Source: Blepharisma stoltei ATCC 30299
Lineage: Eukaryota > Protista > Ciliophora
Length of the DNA: 64,000 bases
NCBI GenBank assembly: GCA_965603825.1
Contig: CBFDEM010000001.1
Coordinates: 62,001 to 126,000, forward strand
Direction: 5' to 3'
This document shows positions 28,908-43,910 of this stretch, one piece after another. The number at the start of each line of letters is the position of its first letter. The stretch's first letter is position 1. The position numbers and the translations under genes were made by a program. The notes beneath the pieces were generated by a model. The model was not told the DNA's origin. It searched no databases and worked only from the letters and a program-made list of their open reading frames with translations.

Positions 28908-30137
28908 ATAGAAAAGAATTAATTTAAAATTCGTAATTAAGATAATAAAATTATGATTTAATATGATTAGAACTAAATAATCAGAATAAATTGGGTAAAA
29001 TGATGTTTCACTCTGAATTTTAATAAATTGCGATATTCTATTATCATTTTTATGCTTTAATTATTTATAGATCATGCTTATAAAATCCAAAAGCAATTTT
29101 ATTATTCATTCTTTAAGAATGCTATAAAATGTAAATAGAGTTTCAAGTATTTTCCAAAGACATAATGCAGCCTAATAAGTTATACTCTTTTGTGCATATA
29201 ATTGGGACGCAAAATTTTTCAGCATAAGCTTTTATAATGAATCCCTTCAGACTTATATTGCCTTAATCCTCCATGTTAATCGAACTATCTATTGAAATCT
29301 CCCAAGAAAAAGGAAAAATTAACCCAAGTCCTTGATTGAGTGATTTTCATAGAGTCAAGGATGAAACTCAATAATTAATTCTGAATTTATTACGAGATTA
29401 TAAATAGATTAGCATCCAATAATGAATCAATAGTCAGGATTTTCTTTATTTTGGCATACACCACACATTTTTAAGAATAAAAGGAACTTTAAATGCAGAC
29501 TATGCCTAAATATTTTTAATGGCTTATAGTAATAGCTAATTATATGCAATAATTCAAAAAATTCTAATAATGCCTGTTTATTTATTATATTTTATTGCAT
29601 ATAAAAATAAAAGTGGCAATGAAAATTAATATGGTTTTCATTTTGTTGCCATAATCTGTTTCAAGCATTGACAGGTTTATATTAATATAATATCTCTTTA
29701 CTCCATTACATCTTTGAGTGAAAATTTTGTTTAATTTTTCAATATTTAATCCAATCCTTTATCGCACTTCAGCGAGTTGTGCTATCAAGATGAAGAGGCA
29801 AAGCGAGATTCATATCTTAGACAAAGAATTCCTAATTTTCTCATATTAACATAACTTAAAAAATTATCATAACAAATAAAAATAGCGTAGCAAAATGATT
29901 TTATAATTTTTATGCAAAAACTTAAAATTCTTAATGCAATGAAAAGTTTTATGCATTTTGTGGCTTTGTTTACAATATTATGCACTCAATATTGTCTTTT
30001 AAATAGGTTTGCATTGAATAGAACTCTTAAAAGCAAGCCATAAACAATATTCAGGTTGGCCTAAAATCAACAGTCTTTGTAAGTATTTATTTCTTACTTT
30101 CTTTTGGGATTTAATTTTTTTATATCATAAATAATAA

Positions 30138-33100
30138 ATGAAAGCTGGACTATTAGTTTTTTTGCTTCTCCAACTCACTGAATGTCAGCTTCTTGTGGAT
30201 TTATATTATAGTGCGTCAACAGATCTAGAATTAAAATCAGTTATATTTGATAAGCTCAATCAAAATTACCAAAATCTGATAGAAATCAGAGCAAGACTGA
30301 TAAGCTCTTTTAGTGATTTAGATTATTATGAAATTAATCTCAAAATTATCGTAGATTTAACTTTCAGTACTTCAATTTCAGCATATATTAAAGAATATGT
30401 AGGAAGGAATCATATAATTTTGATTTCAACGCAAGACTTGTCTTATTCATATAGTAGATGGGAATTTTTTAGCCATTCAGCCCAACAGGATCATGAAAAC
30501 GCTCTTAATAATTTAGTCTCATTTTTCAATTGGAACGTGTTTATAATAATTTCAAACGATTTAGATGAGAGTTTTCTTGAAAAATATCCAAATAAAACAG
30601 TCAATATTTTCTATTTTCCAAATACCAGCGACCAAAATTTGGCAGATTTATTTATAGGCAAAAAAATAAAGCCAACAGGGATTCAGAATTTGGTAATTTT
30701 GAACCCAGGAGAAACCGCCAATAAATTATTAAAAAGCCTAGAAAATAAAATAATCCTTGATAACGGGGCTGGGGTTATTTTAGGAAGCCAAAGTAGCTGA
30801 AATGCAAAATTTGATGGATTAATAGGATATACTGAGTCAGGCTTGGAAAATGCCACTGATTATTATAGCTATGAAGCTCTCTCAATTGCAAAATTATTAA
30901 ATTTAATCCTCAGCTTTCCAGATAATTCGAATTCGCTTGCAACAAGAGAATTTTTAGAAAAAAGTACAGTAAATCATTATTTACCTGGAAATTTCACCAT
31001 AATAAATATCAAAAACTCTCAAAAAGTCAACGTCGGCTACATTTCGCAGGGATCTTTAGATTTTTCAAGCACTCTAATATTTCCAGGAAATTCTACTCAA
31101 ATCCCTAATTCCCCATACACAAATATTTCTATATGGATGGGAGACGGAGCTAGCAATCCTCTAGGGTTTGCCAATAGCTCTTTTACTGTAGTGAAAGATG
31201 GAGCAAAATACGCCCTCAAAGCTGCAGTGACTGACCATTTTCTAGACGGTTTTGAAATTTGGCAAACTCATATAAATTGCGGAGCAGAAGTATATGAGCC
31301 CACATTCTCTTTGAATTGTTATAAAAAGTTAGTAAATGACCCTGGAGTCGCTTACTTAGTACACCCATTCCCAATAGTAGCGCTTGGAGACATTACATCA
31401 ATGAGGATGCTAAATATTACAATACCTTTAATAGCTGATCATGTGGCTGTAGGGGTTCTCGCTAATAAAACTGAATATCCCGAATTTATGAGGATTGCTG
31501 GGAACGATGATTATAGGATTAATGTATTGATGGACTTAATGTACATTTTTGGATGGAAAAATGTCCTGATTGTAACAGAAAACTCTACAGTAAGCTGGGT
31601 AATGTATGAATATTTAAAAGCACGCGCTGAGTCCGCCAATATTAACATTGTTAATAAGCCTGAAGAAATGCAAATTGTTGAAAATTACAATCCCAGCCAT
31701 TTTGATGAGTATAAAGAATTAATGATAAGTCTCCTGGCTTATAAAACAAGGCCTCTTATCCTTAATATGGCTCCTCCCTCCTCTTTTTATTTTTTAGCAG
31801 ATATGCATAATGCAGGAATTGAAATGGGAGATTTCATTCTCTTGTATCCTAACAAGCTTGCATTTGCATATACAACCATATCTGACCCATCAATGCTAGA
31901 AAGTATGGCACCAATTGCTTACGGTGGAATTGTTATAAACGAAGCCGAATGGATAGGAGAGTATGGTAAGGAGGTTCTAAAAGGTTTTTTAAAAGAATAC
32001 CCCACTATAAATGCAGATTTTCGGTGTTTTTCTTATGATACAGCAATGCTTATTTTGTATGCATTAAAATACACTCTAGACCAAGGACAAGATGTGTATA
32101 ATTCCAGTCTTTTTAATACCTATTTAAGGCAGCAAAGATTTTTAGGCTGCTCTGGGACTGTTTCGATTAATTCTCAGTCAAATGATAGGAATTCAGCACC
32201 TATAGGAATTTATAATTTAAGGTATGACAGTCAGTATAATATTTTATACGAACAATTAATAGGGGCTTATGACCTAGGGAGTTTACAATTGTTTTCTTTT
32301 TATGAAGATGCTATTTGGTATAATAATAAAACAAATACACCTTCAGATACAGTTGAAAATGAAAATGGATGCCCCTTTAAAAACAGTCAAATTGAGTACT
32401 CGGCAAATGGTGCGGGGATTTTATATGGAATTTCTATTGGAATTGCCATTCATACGATTGTATTAGCATTTTATATATGAAAAAAGTGATGAAATGTGGA
32501 AATCCAGGACATAAGAGAGCCAAAACTTATTCAATTTGAAGATTATGTCGCGATGCTAATGATTTTAATAGATTTCTTACAACTTATATCAGTCGGGCCT
32601 GATATAGAGAATTATGACATTTTTACTTATACACTCCCTCATTATACTTCTATTAATTGGTCTTCTCAAGGCAAAAACATGTGACTTCACATGTATTTTG
32701 CTTTAGTCGGAATTTTAGCTTGACTCTTATTCTGTGTGACAATTATTTTTCGCATTGGAGAAAATACAGAAAATGATTTATTAGGCAATTGAAATATTCT
32801 TTCAAAGTTTTCAATACCAATTCTTGGCAATGCACTATTTTTGCCTTTTATTTCAGTTTTTTTTAGTGTTATTCAGTGTGATCAACAAATTGGCTCGAAA
32901 CTGAGTCAATCATTTGTACGCAAAGACTGCTCAACTTTCTGCTGAAAAGATACACACATATTATGGGCGATCCTTTCTATATTAAGCTTAGTCCTTTATC
33001 TGCCTCTTGCAATATATTTTAGGCCTTATTGAGAACTCTCTCAAGAATTCATTAATATAAAAACGAGGCCACTTTTTTTGACGATAAAAAGTATCTTCCA

Positions 33101-33620
33101 AGTATGTATTATTGCTCTAAGTAAAACAGTGAAACCTCAAAGTCAAGCACTCCATGGACTTTTTTACTGTATTCTTTTATTTATTTTTACATTTATTTGT
33201 TTAAAAAAGAAGCCTTATAACGAAAGCCGCATGAACCTTTGGCAAATAATCTCATATTTAGCCATTTTATGGAGTGTGGGGCTTTCTTCTTTGTATTGGA
33301 TAATTTCAGCGGTTTCAATTGAAGCTTGAATGTTAACAGAGTATTTAGGCTGAATTATTTTATTCATAATTGGGGTTTACCTTCAAAAATTATTCTGCCC
33401 ATCTATGCTATTTAATGAGCCTGGGGTGAATGTTGTGAAACTGTTCAGATTTTCATTAGGCAGAACTATATGCGCTTCTGAAATTAATAAAGATATTAAA
33501 GAACAAGTAAGCAGATATAGCTTTCATTTAAGCAGCTCAAGAGCTTTTATTGATGCTAATAGCTCATCTCAGATAGCTATTTATAGAATAGAAGCCCAGC
33601 ATCATTGCACAGAGCAATAA
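30138..33620 (+). CDS. Receptor-family copy I, 1160 aa
   Basis: All ORF pieces share one frame with TGA=W. Signal peptide MKAGLLVFLLLQLTEC-Q. Ends at TAA. Confidence 0.9.
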
Positions 33621-34486
33621 AGATTTTGATAATAATGATATTTTAATTATCGAGCTAACGAATAAAAGCTAAATCATAAGAAATTTTTCCTACAGTTTTT
33701 AAAATATTTCTTAAATATCTGGTAGCCTAAAATTTTAAAAAGTTAGCTCAGTTGTAAGCACAAAACAACTATTTTATAAGTTTTGATGATTTTGGAATTG
33801 GTAGAGAGTAAGTATAGAGAAGAGACAGAGGAAGTGGACGATTTAATAAAAGATTTTATTTTAAAAATTATGAAAATAAAAGAGAGAAGTGCTGCATTGC
33901 AGCAGTGAAGTTTAAATTAAATTAAATAAATTTTGATATACTATAATTAAGCTCACAGCCTTAGAGGCTTTGAATTATCGTTTTCAATGATTTTACTGTG
34001 TATTATATAAACGCTTTCGTCTTCTATTTAATATTTCTGTAAGTTTCCCTAATTTTTTATAGTTCATTATTATTGGGTAGATATTATATCCAAAAGCTTA
34101 TAAATATTAACTTTTTTTCAATTAGACTTTAGACTTTTGAATTTTCAAATAAATTAAAAAGTGATAATAATTAAATAAATGGCATTTATTAGTAAACTAA
34201 TTATATGTGAATTTCAAACAAATTTAAGCTAAAAATAAAAAATAAAGTTCTACAGTATGAACAAGCTTTATTATTTTAATTTTATTTAAAAATTTAATAT
34301 CCCTCAAAACTTTTATTAATATCCTATTCAATATTTTAATTATTAAAAATTCAACTTATATACAATTTCATTGATTTTCCTATAAAAATGTTATCAAAAA
34401 ACTCATACTCCTTAGCTAATTTATTTCTCATAAAGTGCTTTAGTGATTATCGATATATTTAAAAAAATTTATGGGTTGAATAAAAA

Positions 34487-37400
34487 ATGAAATCTGGCCT
34501 ATTTTATTCTTTAATTTTTCAGATTGTCCACTCTCAACTTCTAGTGGACTTATATTATGGTGCCGAAACAGATCTCGAATTAAAGTCATATATACGTGAT
34601 AAAATCAATCAAAATTACCAAAATCAGATAGAAGTCAGAGAAAGCCTAATAAGCTCGGTAATTGACTTGAATCATTTTACAGTAAATCCAAATATTATTG
34701 TAGATTTAACTTTCAGTGCTTCAATTTTAGCATATATAAAAGATTTTGTGGCTGAAAACCACATAATTCTGATTTTACTTCAAGACCTTCCTAATTCTTA
34801 TAACGACTGACAATTTTTTAGCCATTCCTCTCTGCAGGATCATGAAAATGCTCTTAGTTGTTTAGTTTCCTTCTTTAATTGAGAAGAATTTTTAATAATC
34901 TCCAGCAATTTGGGCCAGAATTTTCACGAAATATTTTCAGTTAAAAAATTCAATATTTTCCATTTTTCAGAAACCAGCGATAAAAATTTAGTTGATTTAT
35001 TTGTAGGTAAACGAATTAAGCCAACAGGTATTAGGAATTTAATCATTCTAAACCAAGGGGAAACTGCTAACAAACTATTGCAAAGCCTTGAAAATAAAAA
35101 TATTATTAAAAGTGGAAGTGGGGTTATTTTAGGAAGTCGAAGTAGCTGGGACACAAAAGTAGATGGAGTAATAACATATATTGAGTCAGGCTTAGAAAAT
35201 GCCACTGATTATTATAGCTATGAAGCTTTATCAATTTTAAAAATATTGGATTTGGTGCTTAGCTTTTCAGATTGTTCTAATTCTTTAGCTCTTAGAGCAT
35301 TTTTAGAAAGCAACACAGTCAATCACTATTTGCCTGGAAATTTCACTGTAATAAACATCCAAAATTCCCAAAAAGTCAACATTGGTAGCATTTCACAAGG
35401 CTCCTTAACCATTTCAAGCAATCCGATATTTCCAGGAAATTCCACCCTAATTCCCAATTCCCCATATACAAATATCTCCCTATGAATGGGAGATGGTCCC
35501 ACCAATCCTCTCGGATTTCCTGATAGCCCTTTCATTGTAGTCAAAGACGGTGCAAAATACGCTTTTAAAACTGCAGAAGACACTCATTTTTTTGATGGTT
35601 TTAAAATTGTGCTTACCCATATAGACTGCGGTGCAGAAGTATACGTGCCAGCATTTTCTCTAGATTGCTATAAAAAATTAGTAAATGAGCCAGGATTTGT
35701 CTATATGCCTCATCCATGGCCAATTGTAACCTTAGGTGATATAATTTCAATGCGAGAATTAAACATCACAATACCAATTGTGACAGAACACGTAGCACTT
35801 GGAACCCTTTCTAACAAAACAGAATATCCTTTATTTATGAGAATCGCTGGCAATGATTTTTATAGATGCAGCGTTTTAGCAGACTTAATGATAATTTTTG
35901 GGTGGAAAAACGTCCTTATAGTAACAGAAAACACTACAGCAAGCTTATTAACTTATTTTTGATTAAAAAAGCGTATGGAAGCTGCTAACATTAACATTGC
36001 CAATAAGCCTGAAGAGATGATGATTATGGAAAATTACAATCACGATTTTTTTAATAATTATAAAGATCTTATGATTGGCCTGCTAAAATACAAAACTCGG
36101 CCTATTATTTTTACTATGGCTCCTCCAGCTTCTTTTTATTTTTTAGAAGACATGTATAATGTAGGAATCCGTAGGGGAGATCTGATCATTATGTTCCCTA
36201 ATAAAATTGCTTTTGCATATACAACTATACCTATTAAGACAATGCTGGATAAAATGACAGAACTTTTATATGGCGGAATTACTATAAATGAAGCTGAATG
36301 GCTTGGAGAGTTTGGCCAAAACCAATTGAAGGGGTTTTTAAAAGTTTATCCAAATATCAATGCAGATTTCAGATGTTTTTCAATAGATGCAGGATGGCTG
36401 GTATTAAATGCGCTGAAATTTACAATTGACCAAGGAGAAGATATTTATGATCCTTATATGTTTAATACTCACTTAAGACAACAACGGTTTTTAGGCTGCT
36501 CTGGAATAGTTTCTATTAGTTCTCAGTCGAATGATCGAAATTCAGCTCCAATTGGGATTTATAATTTCAGATATGACAGTGAGCATGATATTTTATATGA
36601 ACAAATGGTAGGGGCTTATGATCAAGGAAGTTTACAACTGTTTACATTTTATGAAGACATGAATTGGTATGATAATACAACAAATATACCATCAGATATC
36701 GTAAAAAGTGAAAATGGCTGCCCGTTTAAGGACAGTCAAATTGAGTACTCAGTGCATGGTGCTGGGGTTTTATATGGAATCGCTTTTGGGATTGCTGTGA
36801 GTACGATGTTTATAACATTTTATATATGGAAAAGGTGGTGGAATGTAGAGATTCGAGCAATAACTGAACCAAAGCTAATTCAATTTGAAGATTACATAGC
36901 AATGCTCATTATTTTATTAGATTTTTTGCAGTTTTTATCAGTTGGGCCAGATATAAAGAATTATGATATTTTTACATATACACTCACTCATTTTGCATCT
37001 ATTACTTTTATGACCCAAGGCAAATACTTATGAATCCACTTATATTTTGCTATTGGTGGCGTCTGCGCGTGGCTTTTATTTGGGATAACTCATATTTTTC
37101 GGATTGGAGAAAATTCAAATAATAGCTTTCTCAATTATTGAAAAATGCTATCAAAAATTTCGTTGCCTATTCTTGGAAATGCCTTGTTTTTACCTCTAGT
37201 GTCAGTATTTTTAAATGCTATTCAATGCGACCAACAAATTGGCTCAAAATTGACCGACACTTTTGTGAGAAAAGATTGCAACACTTTTTGCTGAAAAGAT
37301 GAGCATATTTTATGGGCAAGCCTTTCTATGGCTTGCTTAATTCTTTATTTACCTCTTGCGATTTATTTTAGACCTTTTTGGGATTACTATGAAAGCTTTA

Positions 37401-37966
37401 TCAATATTAAAACGAGACCGCTTTTTTTGATGGTGAAAAGTGTCTTCCAAGTCAGCATTATTGTTCTCAATAAAACAGTAAAACCACAAAGTCAAGCCCT
37501 TCATGGACTCTCCTACAGTGCTTTGCTATGTGTTTTAATATTTATTTGTATAAAAAAGAAGCCTTATAATGAAAGCCGCATGAATCTTTGACAGATTATC
37601 TCATATTTAGCCATTTTATGAAGCGTGGTTTTGTCTTCTTTGTATTGGATAATTCCAACAAAAATAATGGAAGCTTGAATATTATCAGAATATTTAGGCT
37701 GGATTATTTTAATAATAGTCGGGCTTTATATTCAGAAACTTTATTGCCCAACTATGCTTTTTAATGAGCCTGGCATAAATGTTGTAAAGCTGTTTAGGTT
37801 TTCATTAGGCAAATCTATAGAAGCTTCCGAAATCAACAAAGATCTTAAGGAGCAAGGGATTAAGTACAGCTTGCATTTAAGCAGTTCTAGAATGTTTCTC
37901 GATGTCAGTAGCTCTGCACATCAAGCTATATATGGAAAAGAATTAAAAGTTTTAGAAAACTATTAA
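34487..37966 (+). CDS. Receptor-family copy J, 1159 aa
   Basis: All ORF pieces share one frame with TGA=W. Ends at TAA. Confidence 0.9.
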
Positions 37967-38584
37967 TATATATATTAATTTTTGATTTTTATAATTGCTC
38001 GAGCATAATCTAGCTTTTAATAATAATTGCAGGGTTTTATGTTCAAAACTAATATTGCTTTCTAATCACTTTTTTGACGTAATTTTTATCTAATTTTATA
38101 ATTAAAAATATTTTAATTATCTGATAACAAATAATTTTATTTTGATAAATAAATTCTCGAATAACTCACTTCGATATAGCTTTGGGGCAAATAGAAATTC
38201 CTAATAGAAAATTTTTAGATCAGAAAATCAATTTCTCTGAACTAGAATCTTAATATATCCAACTTTAAAGAAGCTAATCAAAACAATAAAAATTAATAAA
38301 TAAAATTTGCTAATTAATTTTTTATGAGCTTATATTTTAGTAAAGTGCAAATAAAAAAGAAATTTCAGCTATGAATAAACTCTTGGATTTTGCAATTAAT
38401 CGAAAATTATAACTTTTAATAATTTCTTGGCAAGCAATTTAATTATAAATATTAATTATTTGATTAATCAGTAAAAATAATTCAATTCTAATCTTCGGTT
38501 TATTTATTAATTCCTGCATAAAGCTCTTTGGTAAATTAAAGAATTATTGGAATATTTAAAAAGCTTTATGGGATAAATATAAAA

Positions 38585-39200
38585 ATGAAAATTAGATTGA
38601 TTTTTTCTTTAATTTTTGATCGACCTTTTGCAGACTTATCCTTTTAGTACCAACACAGATCTCCTCCAAGATAAATTCATATATAAGCATAAACCCAAAA
38701 ACCTATCAAAACCAAATAGAATCAGAACAAATTGAAAAACTTGGATTGATTTGGCTATTTACAAAAAATCCAAATATTATTGCAGGTTTAATTTCAGTTT
38801 TTCAATTTTTGCACATATCAAAGAGTTTGCATATAATTCTGACTTTAATTCAAGACCTCCCTAGTACTTATTATGACTTGCATTATTTTAGTTAACAAAT
38901 TGCACTATTTTTGCCTTTTGTATCAGTATTTTTGAATATTACCAACAATTGGCTCAAAATTGACCGAAAGAAAAGATTTCAGCATTTAATGGGCAATCCT
39001 CTCTATAATTTGCTTAATTCTTTATTTGGCTCCTGCGATTTATTTCAGGCTTATTAGGTTTCTATGAATTTTATCAAAATAAAAACAAGGCAATTTATTT
39101 ATGGTAAAATGTCTTCGTTATATTGGATAACTCCAGCAAGGATAAAAAATTTTTATTAATATTAGAATATTTAGTAATTATTGCTGGGTTTTCAATTTAG
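38585..39200 (+). pseudogene. Collapsed receptor-family relic (N-terminus joined to TM4/TM5 and C-terminal pieces)
   Basis: A degraded ATGAAA... N-terminus jumps at ~38900 to ALFLPFVSVFLN...GSKLTE...WAILSIICLILYL. Confidence 0.7.
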
Positions 39201-39599
39201 AAAAAAAGTTTCGGATGATATAAATAGCTTAAATAGCAATTTCTTCTTAATTAGACTCTTAGTTTTCAAGTTCAAATAAGATAAACAGAGCAATTATATT
39301 TCATAAATGGTGTTAATGTTCAACTTATATATAAATGTTCTATAGCTAGACTATAATAATATAAAAATTCTTTTATGAGCAAATATTAGCGTATAATTTT
39401 ACTTGAAAACATAAATTCTTCCATAAACTTTTAATAATTTCAGGTACGTTACATTAATTATCGAAAATTGGCCTTTTGCAAAAGTCTGTTGAAATACTAA
39501 AAAAATAATGTTCATCTTCAGTTTTCACGATTATTTCTTCCCCAATAAAGCCTTTGAGAATTATTGAGAAATTTAAAGAATTATTGGGACAAATAAAAA

Positions 39600-42500
39600 A
39601 TGACTTTTGGACTAATTTTTTCTTTAATTTTTCAACTAGTCCAATCCCAACTTCTTGTTGACTTGTATTATAGTGATTCAACAAATCTCGAGTTAAAGTC
39701 ATATATACATGCTAAACTCAATCAAAATTACCAAAATCAGATAGAAGTCAGATCAAGTCTGATAAACTCGGTAATCGATTTTGATAAAATTACGCAAAAC
39801 CCGGATATTATTGTAGATTTGACTTTCAGTGATTCGATTTTAGCATATATAAAAGAATTTGTTGCTGAAAACCATATAATTCTGATTTTAATTCAAGACT
39901 TTTCCAGCTCTTATAACGACTGACAATTTTTTAGTCATTCGTCTCAACATGACCATGAAAACGCTCTTAGCTGTTTGATATCTTTCTTTAATTGGGACGA
40001 GTTTTTAATAATTTCAAACAATTTGGACCAGAATTTTCACGAAATATTTTCAGTTAAAAAATTCAACATTTTCCATTTTTCAGAAACTAGTGATAACAAT
40101 CTAGTTGGCTTATTTGTTGGTAAAAAAATTAAACCGACAGGAATCAGGAATTTAGTCATTTTAAATGAAGGAGAAACTGCCGGTAAACTATTGCAAAGCC
40201 TTGAAAATCAAAGCGTTTTGAAAAGCGGAAGTGGGGTTATTTTAGGGAGTAGAAGCAGCTGGAATACAAAATTAGATGGAGTAATAGGCTATAGAGAGTT
40301 AGGTTTAGAAAATGCAACTGATTATTATAGCTATGAAGCTTTATCAATTATAAAAATGCTAGATTTGATACTTAGCTGTTCAGATTATTCAAATGCCTTA
40401 ATTCTTAGAATGTTTTTAGAAAAGAGCACAGTCAATCATTATATGCCTGGAAATTTCACTGTAATAAATATCAAAAATTCCCAAGCAGTCCCTATCGGTA
40501 GCATTTCACAAGGCTCCTTAACCATTTCAAGCAATCCAATATTTCCAGGAAATTCCACTCTAATTCCCAATTCCCCATATACAAACGTCTCCATATGAAT
40601 GGGAGATGGGCCTAGCAATCCTCTCGGATTTCCTGATAGCCCTTTCATTGTAGTCAAAGACGGTGAAAAGTATGCTTTTAAGACTGCAGAAGACACTCAT
40701 TTTTTTGATGGTTTTAAAATCGTCTTTACCCATATAGATTGCGGAGCTGAAGTATATGAGCCGACATTTTCTATAAATTGTTACAAAAAATTAATAAATG
40801 AGCCTGGTATGGTCTATTTGACGCATGGATTCCCATCGATAGTATATGGGGACATCATTTCAATGCGTACATTAAATATTACAATTCCTGCGTTGTGCGA
40901 GCACGTATCACTCGGGGCCCTTTCTAATAAAACAGAATATCCTTTATTTATGAGAATCGCTGGGAATGATTTTTATAGAGGCACTGTATTGGTTGACCTA
41001 ATCGTTATTTTTGGATGGAAAAATGTTCTTCTAATTACAGAAAATTCTACAAGCAGCTTATTAACCAGTCATCATATAAAAAGGCGCTTAGAAGCTGTCA
41101 ACGTTAATGTTGTGAATAACCTTGAAAAGACATTGATTGTAGAAAATTACAATCACAATTATTTTAATGAGCATAAACATTTAATTGCAAGCCTGCTAAA
41201 ATACAAAACTCGTCCTCTTATTTTAATAGTTCCTCCTCCATCTAATATTTATTTTTTAGAAGACATGTATAAGGTAGGAATCAGGAGGGGAGATGTGATT
41301 ATGATAATTCCGAGTAAAATTGCTTTTTTATATCCATTTATACCTGAAAAATCTATGCGTGATGATTTGACTGAAATTTTATATGGCGGAATTTGTACAC
41401 AAGAAGCTGAGTGACTTGGAGAATTTGGCAAAAATCAATTGAAGGGGTTTTTAAAAGCTTACCCAAGCATTAATGTAGATTTCAGGTGTTTTGCAATTGA
41501 TGCAGGGTGGCTGATATTAAATGCGCTGAAATTTACAATTGACCAAGGAGAAGATATTTATGATCCTTATGTGTTTAACTCCCACTTAAGGCAACAACGG
41601 TTTTTAGGCTGCTCTGGAATAGTTTCTATTAGTTCTCAGTCTAATGATAGGAATTCTGCGCCAATTGGGATTTATAACATAAGATATGACTATGAAAATG
41701 ATATTTTAAGTGAAACATTAATAGGGGCTTATGATCAGGGAAGTTTACAGCTTTTTACATTTTATGAAGACATGAACTGATATTACAATACAACAAATAT
41801 ACCATCAGATATTGTAAAAAGTGAAAATGGTTGCCCGTTTAAGGACAGTCAAATTGAATACTCAGTAAATGGCGCTGGAATCTTATATGGGATTGCTTTT
41901 GGAATTACTGTGAGTACGATGCTTCTAACATTTTATATATGGAAAAGGTGCTGGAATGTAGAGATCAAACCCTTAACAGAGCCAAAGCTAATTCAATTTG
42001 AAGATTATATAGCAATGGTTATCATTTTAGTAGATTTTTTTCAGTTTTTATCAGTTGGGCCAGATATAAAGAATTATGATATTTTTACTTATACACTCAC
42101 TCGCATTTTATCTATAACATTTATGACTGAAGGCAAGTACCTATGGATCCACTTATATTTTGCATTAGGTGGTGTTTGTGCGTGGCTTTTATTTGGGATA
42201 ACTCATATTTTTCATATTGGGAAAAATTCAAATAATAGCTTATTTAATTTTTGAAAAATGTTGTCGAAATTTTCATTGCCTATTATTGGAAATGCACTGT
42301 TTTTACCAATTGTGTCAGTATTTTTAAATGCTATTCAATGCGACCAACAAATTGGCTCAAAATTGACCGAAACTTTTGTGAGAAAAGATTGCAATACTTT
42401 TTGCTGAAAAGATTGGCATATTTTATGGGCAACCCTCTCTATAATTTGTTTAGTTCTATATTTGCCTTTAGCGATTTATTTAAGGCCTCATTGGGATTAT

Positions 42501-43079
42501 TATGAAGACTTTATCAATATAAAAACACGTCCACTTTTTTTGATGACGAAAAGTGTCTTCCAAGTCAGCATTATTGTTCTGAATAAAACAGTAAAACCAC
42601 AAAGCCAGGCCCTTCATGGACTCTTCTACAGTATTTTATTAGGCGTTTTTCTATTTATTGTTATAAAAAAGAAGCCCTATAACGATAGCTGCATGAATCT
42701 TTGGCAAATAATCTCATATTTTGCTATTTTATGGAGTGTGGCTTTGTCTTCTTTATATTGGATAGTTCAAGATAGAGCGATAGAAATTTGAATAACATCA
42801 GAATATTTAGGCTGGATTATTTTTATAATTATTGGAATTTATATTCAGAAAAATTATTGCCCAACTATGCTTTTTAATGAGCCTGGTATAAATATTGTAA
42901 AGCTGTTTAGGTTTTCATTAGGGAAATCTATAAAAGCTTCTGAAATCAATAAAGATCTCAAGGAGCAAGGAATTAAATATAACTTGCATTTAAGCAATTC
43001 TAAAATGTACCTCGATGCCAGTGGCTCTGCATATCAAGCTGTTTATGGAAAAGAATCAAAAGTTTTTGAAGAATATTAA
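39600..43079 (+). CDS. Receptor-family copy K, 1159 aa
   Basis: All ORF pieces share one frame with TGA=W. Colinear with copy J and identical in length. Confidence 0.9.
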
Positions 43080-43910
43080 TTATCTTATAAAATTATTTTA
43101 GGATTTTATTAGACATTTAATTAAATTTTTTAAAAGGGAAGATAGTATTTAAAAACATCCAGGTTTGAAGAATTGGGTTTTGAATTTGAAATTGCTATTA
43201 AGATGCTGTGTTTGTGTGAAGATGACGTAGATCTAGCGTTTAGCAGGCAGCTGGATGTTTGAGATGATGCTACAGGAGAATTGGACGATGTAGATGAGGG
43301 CAGAAATAATAGAGATGGAAAATATGAAGACGAGGCTGCTGGAGGAGGCATAATTGATGCAGGCACCACAGTATTTGCACTTGGGAGGAAATACATTTTA
43401 TATAAGAAGTCTATTCTTATGGATTTTGATATACAGTTTGGAGCTTTATTGACCCTACCTTCTAGTGAAAAAGTAAGTGTCACTGCAATAGAAATAAATC
43501 TTTGATCAAGTGCGATATTATAATTGTCAAATTCTCCAAATAAAGTTAAACCTTAGGGTATTTTAAAAAAATTAATTCAAATTAAGTTTTTTTTATATTA
43601 ACTTATGCTTTAAAGAATTTAAAAAAGTCTAAAAAATATTTTTAGGATTTTCATCACCTATAAATTTACATGTAAGTTAACTATGAGCAAACTCTATGAT
43701 GAATTTTTTAATTTGAATTTCCTGACCAACTCTAAATATTTTTTATAATTTAATATCTAATATTCGCCTTTTTTTTTAGTTTATTGATTATCCTTTAGGA
43801 ATACTTCAATTCTTATCATTGATTTATCTGCTTACTTATTTCGCATAAAACTCTTTGATAAATTTAAAATTATTAAGAAATTTCTTAAGAATTAATGGAG
43901 TAAATAAAAA

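Noticed and set aside
29785-29985. 66-aa minus-strand ORF in a spacer
   Set aside because: Short, AT-rich and without motifs; probably a chance ORF.
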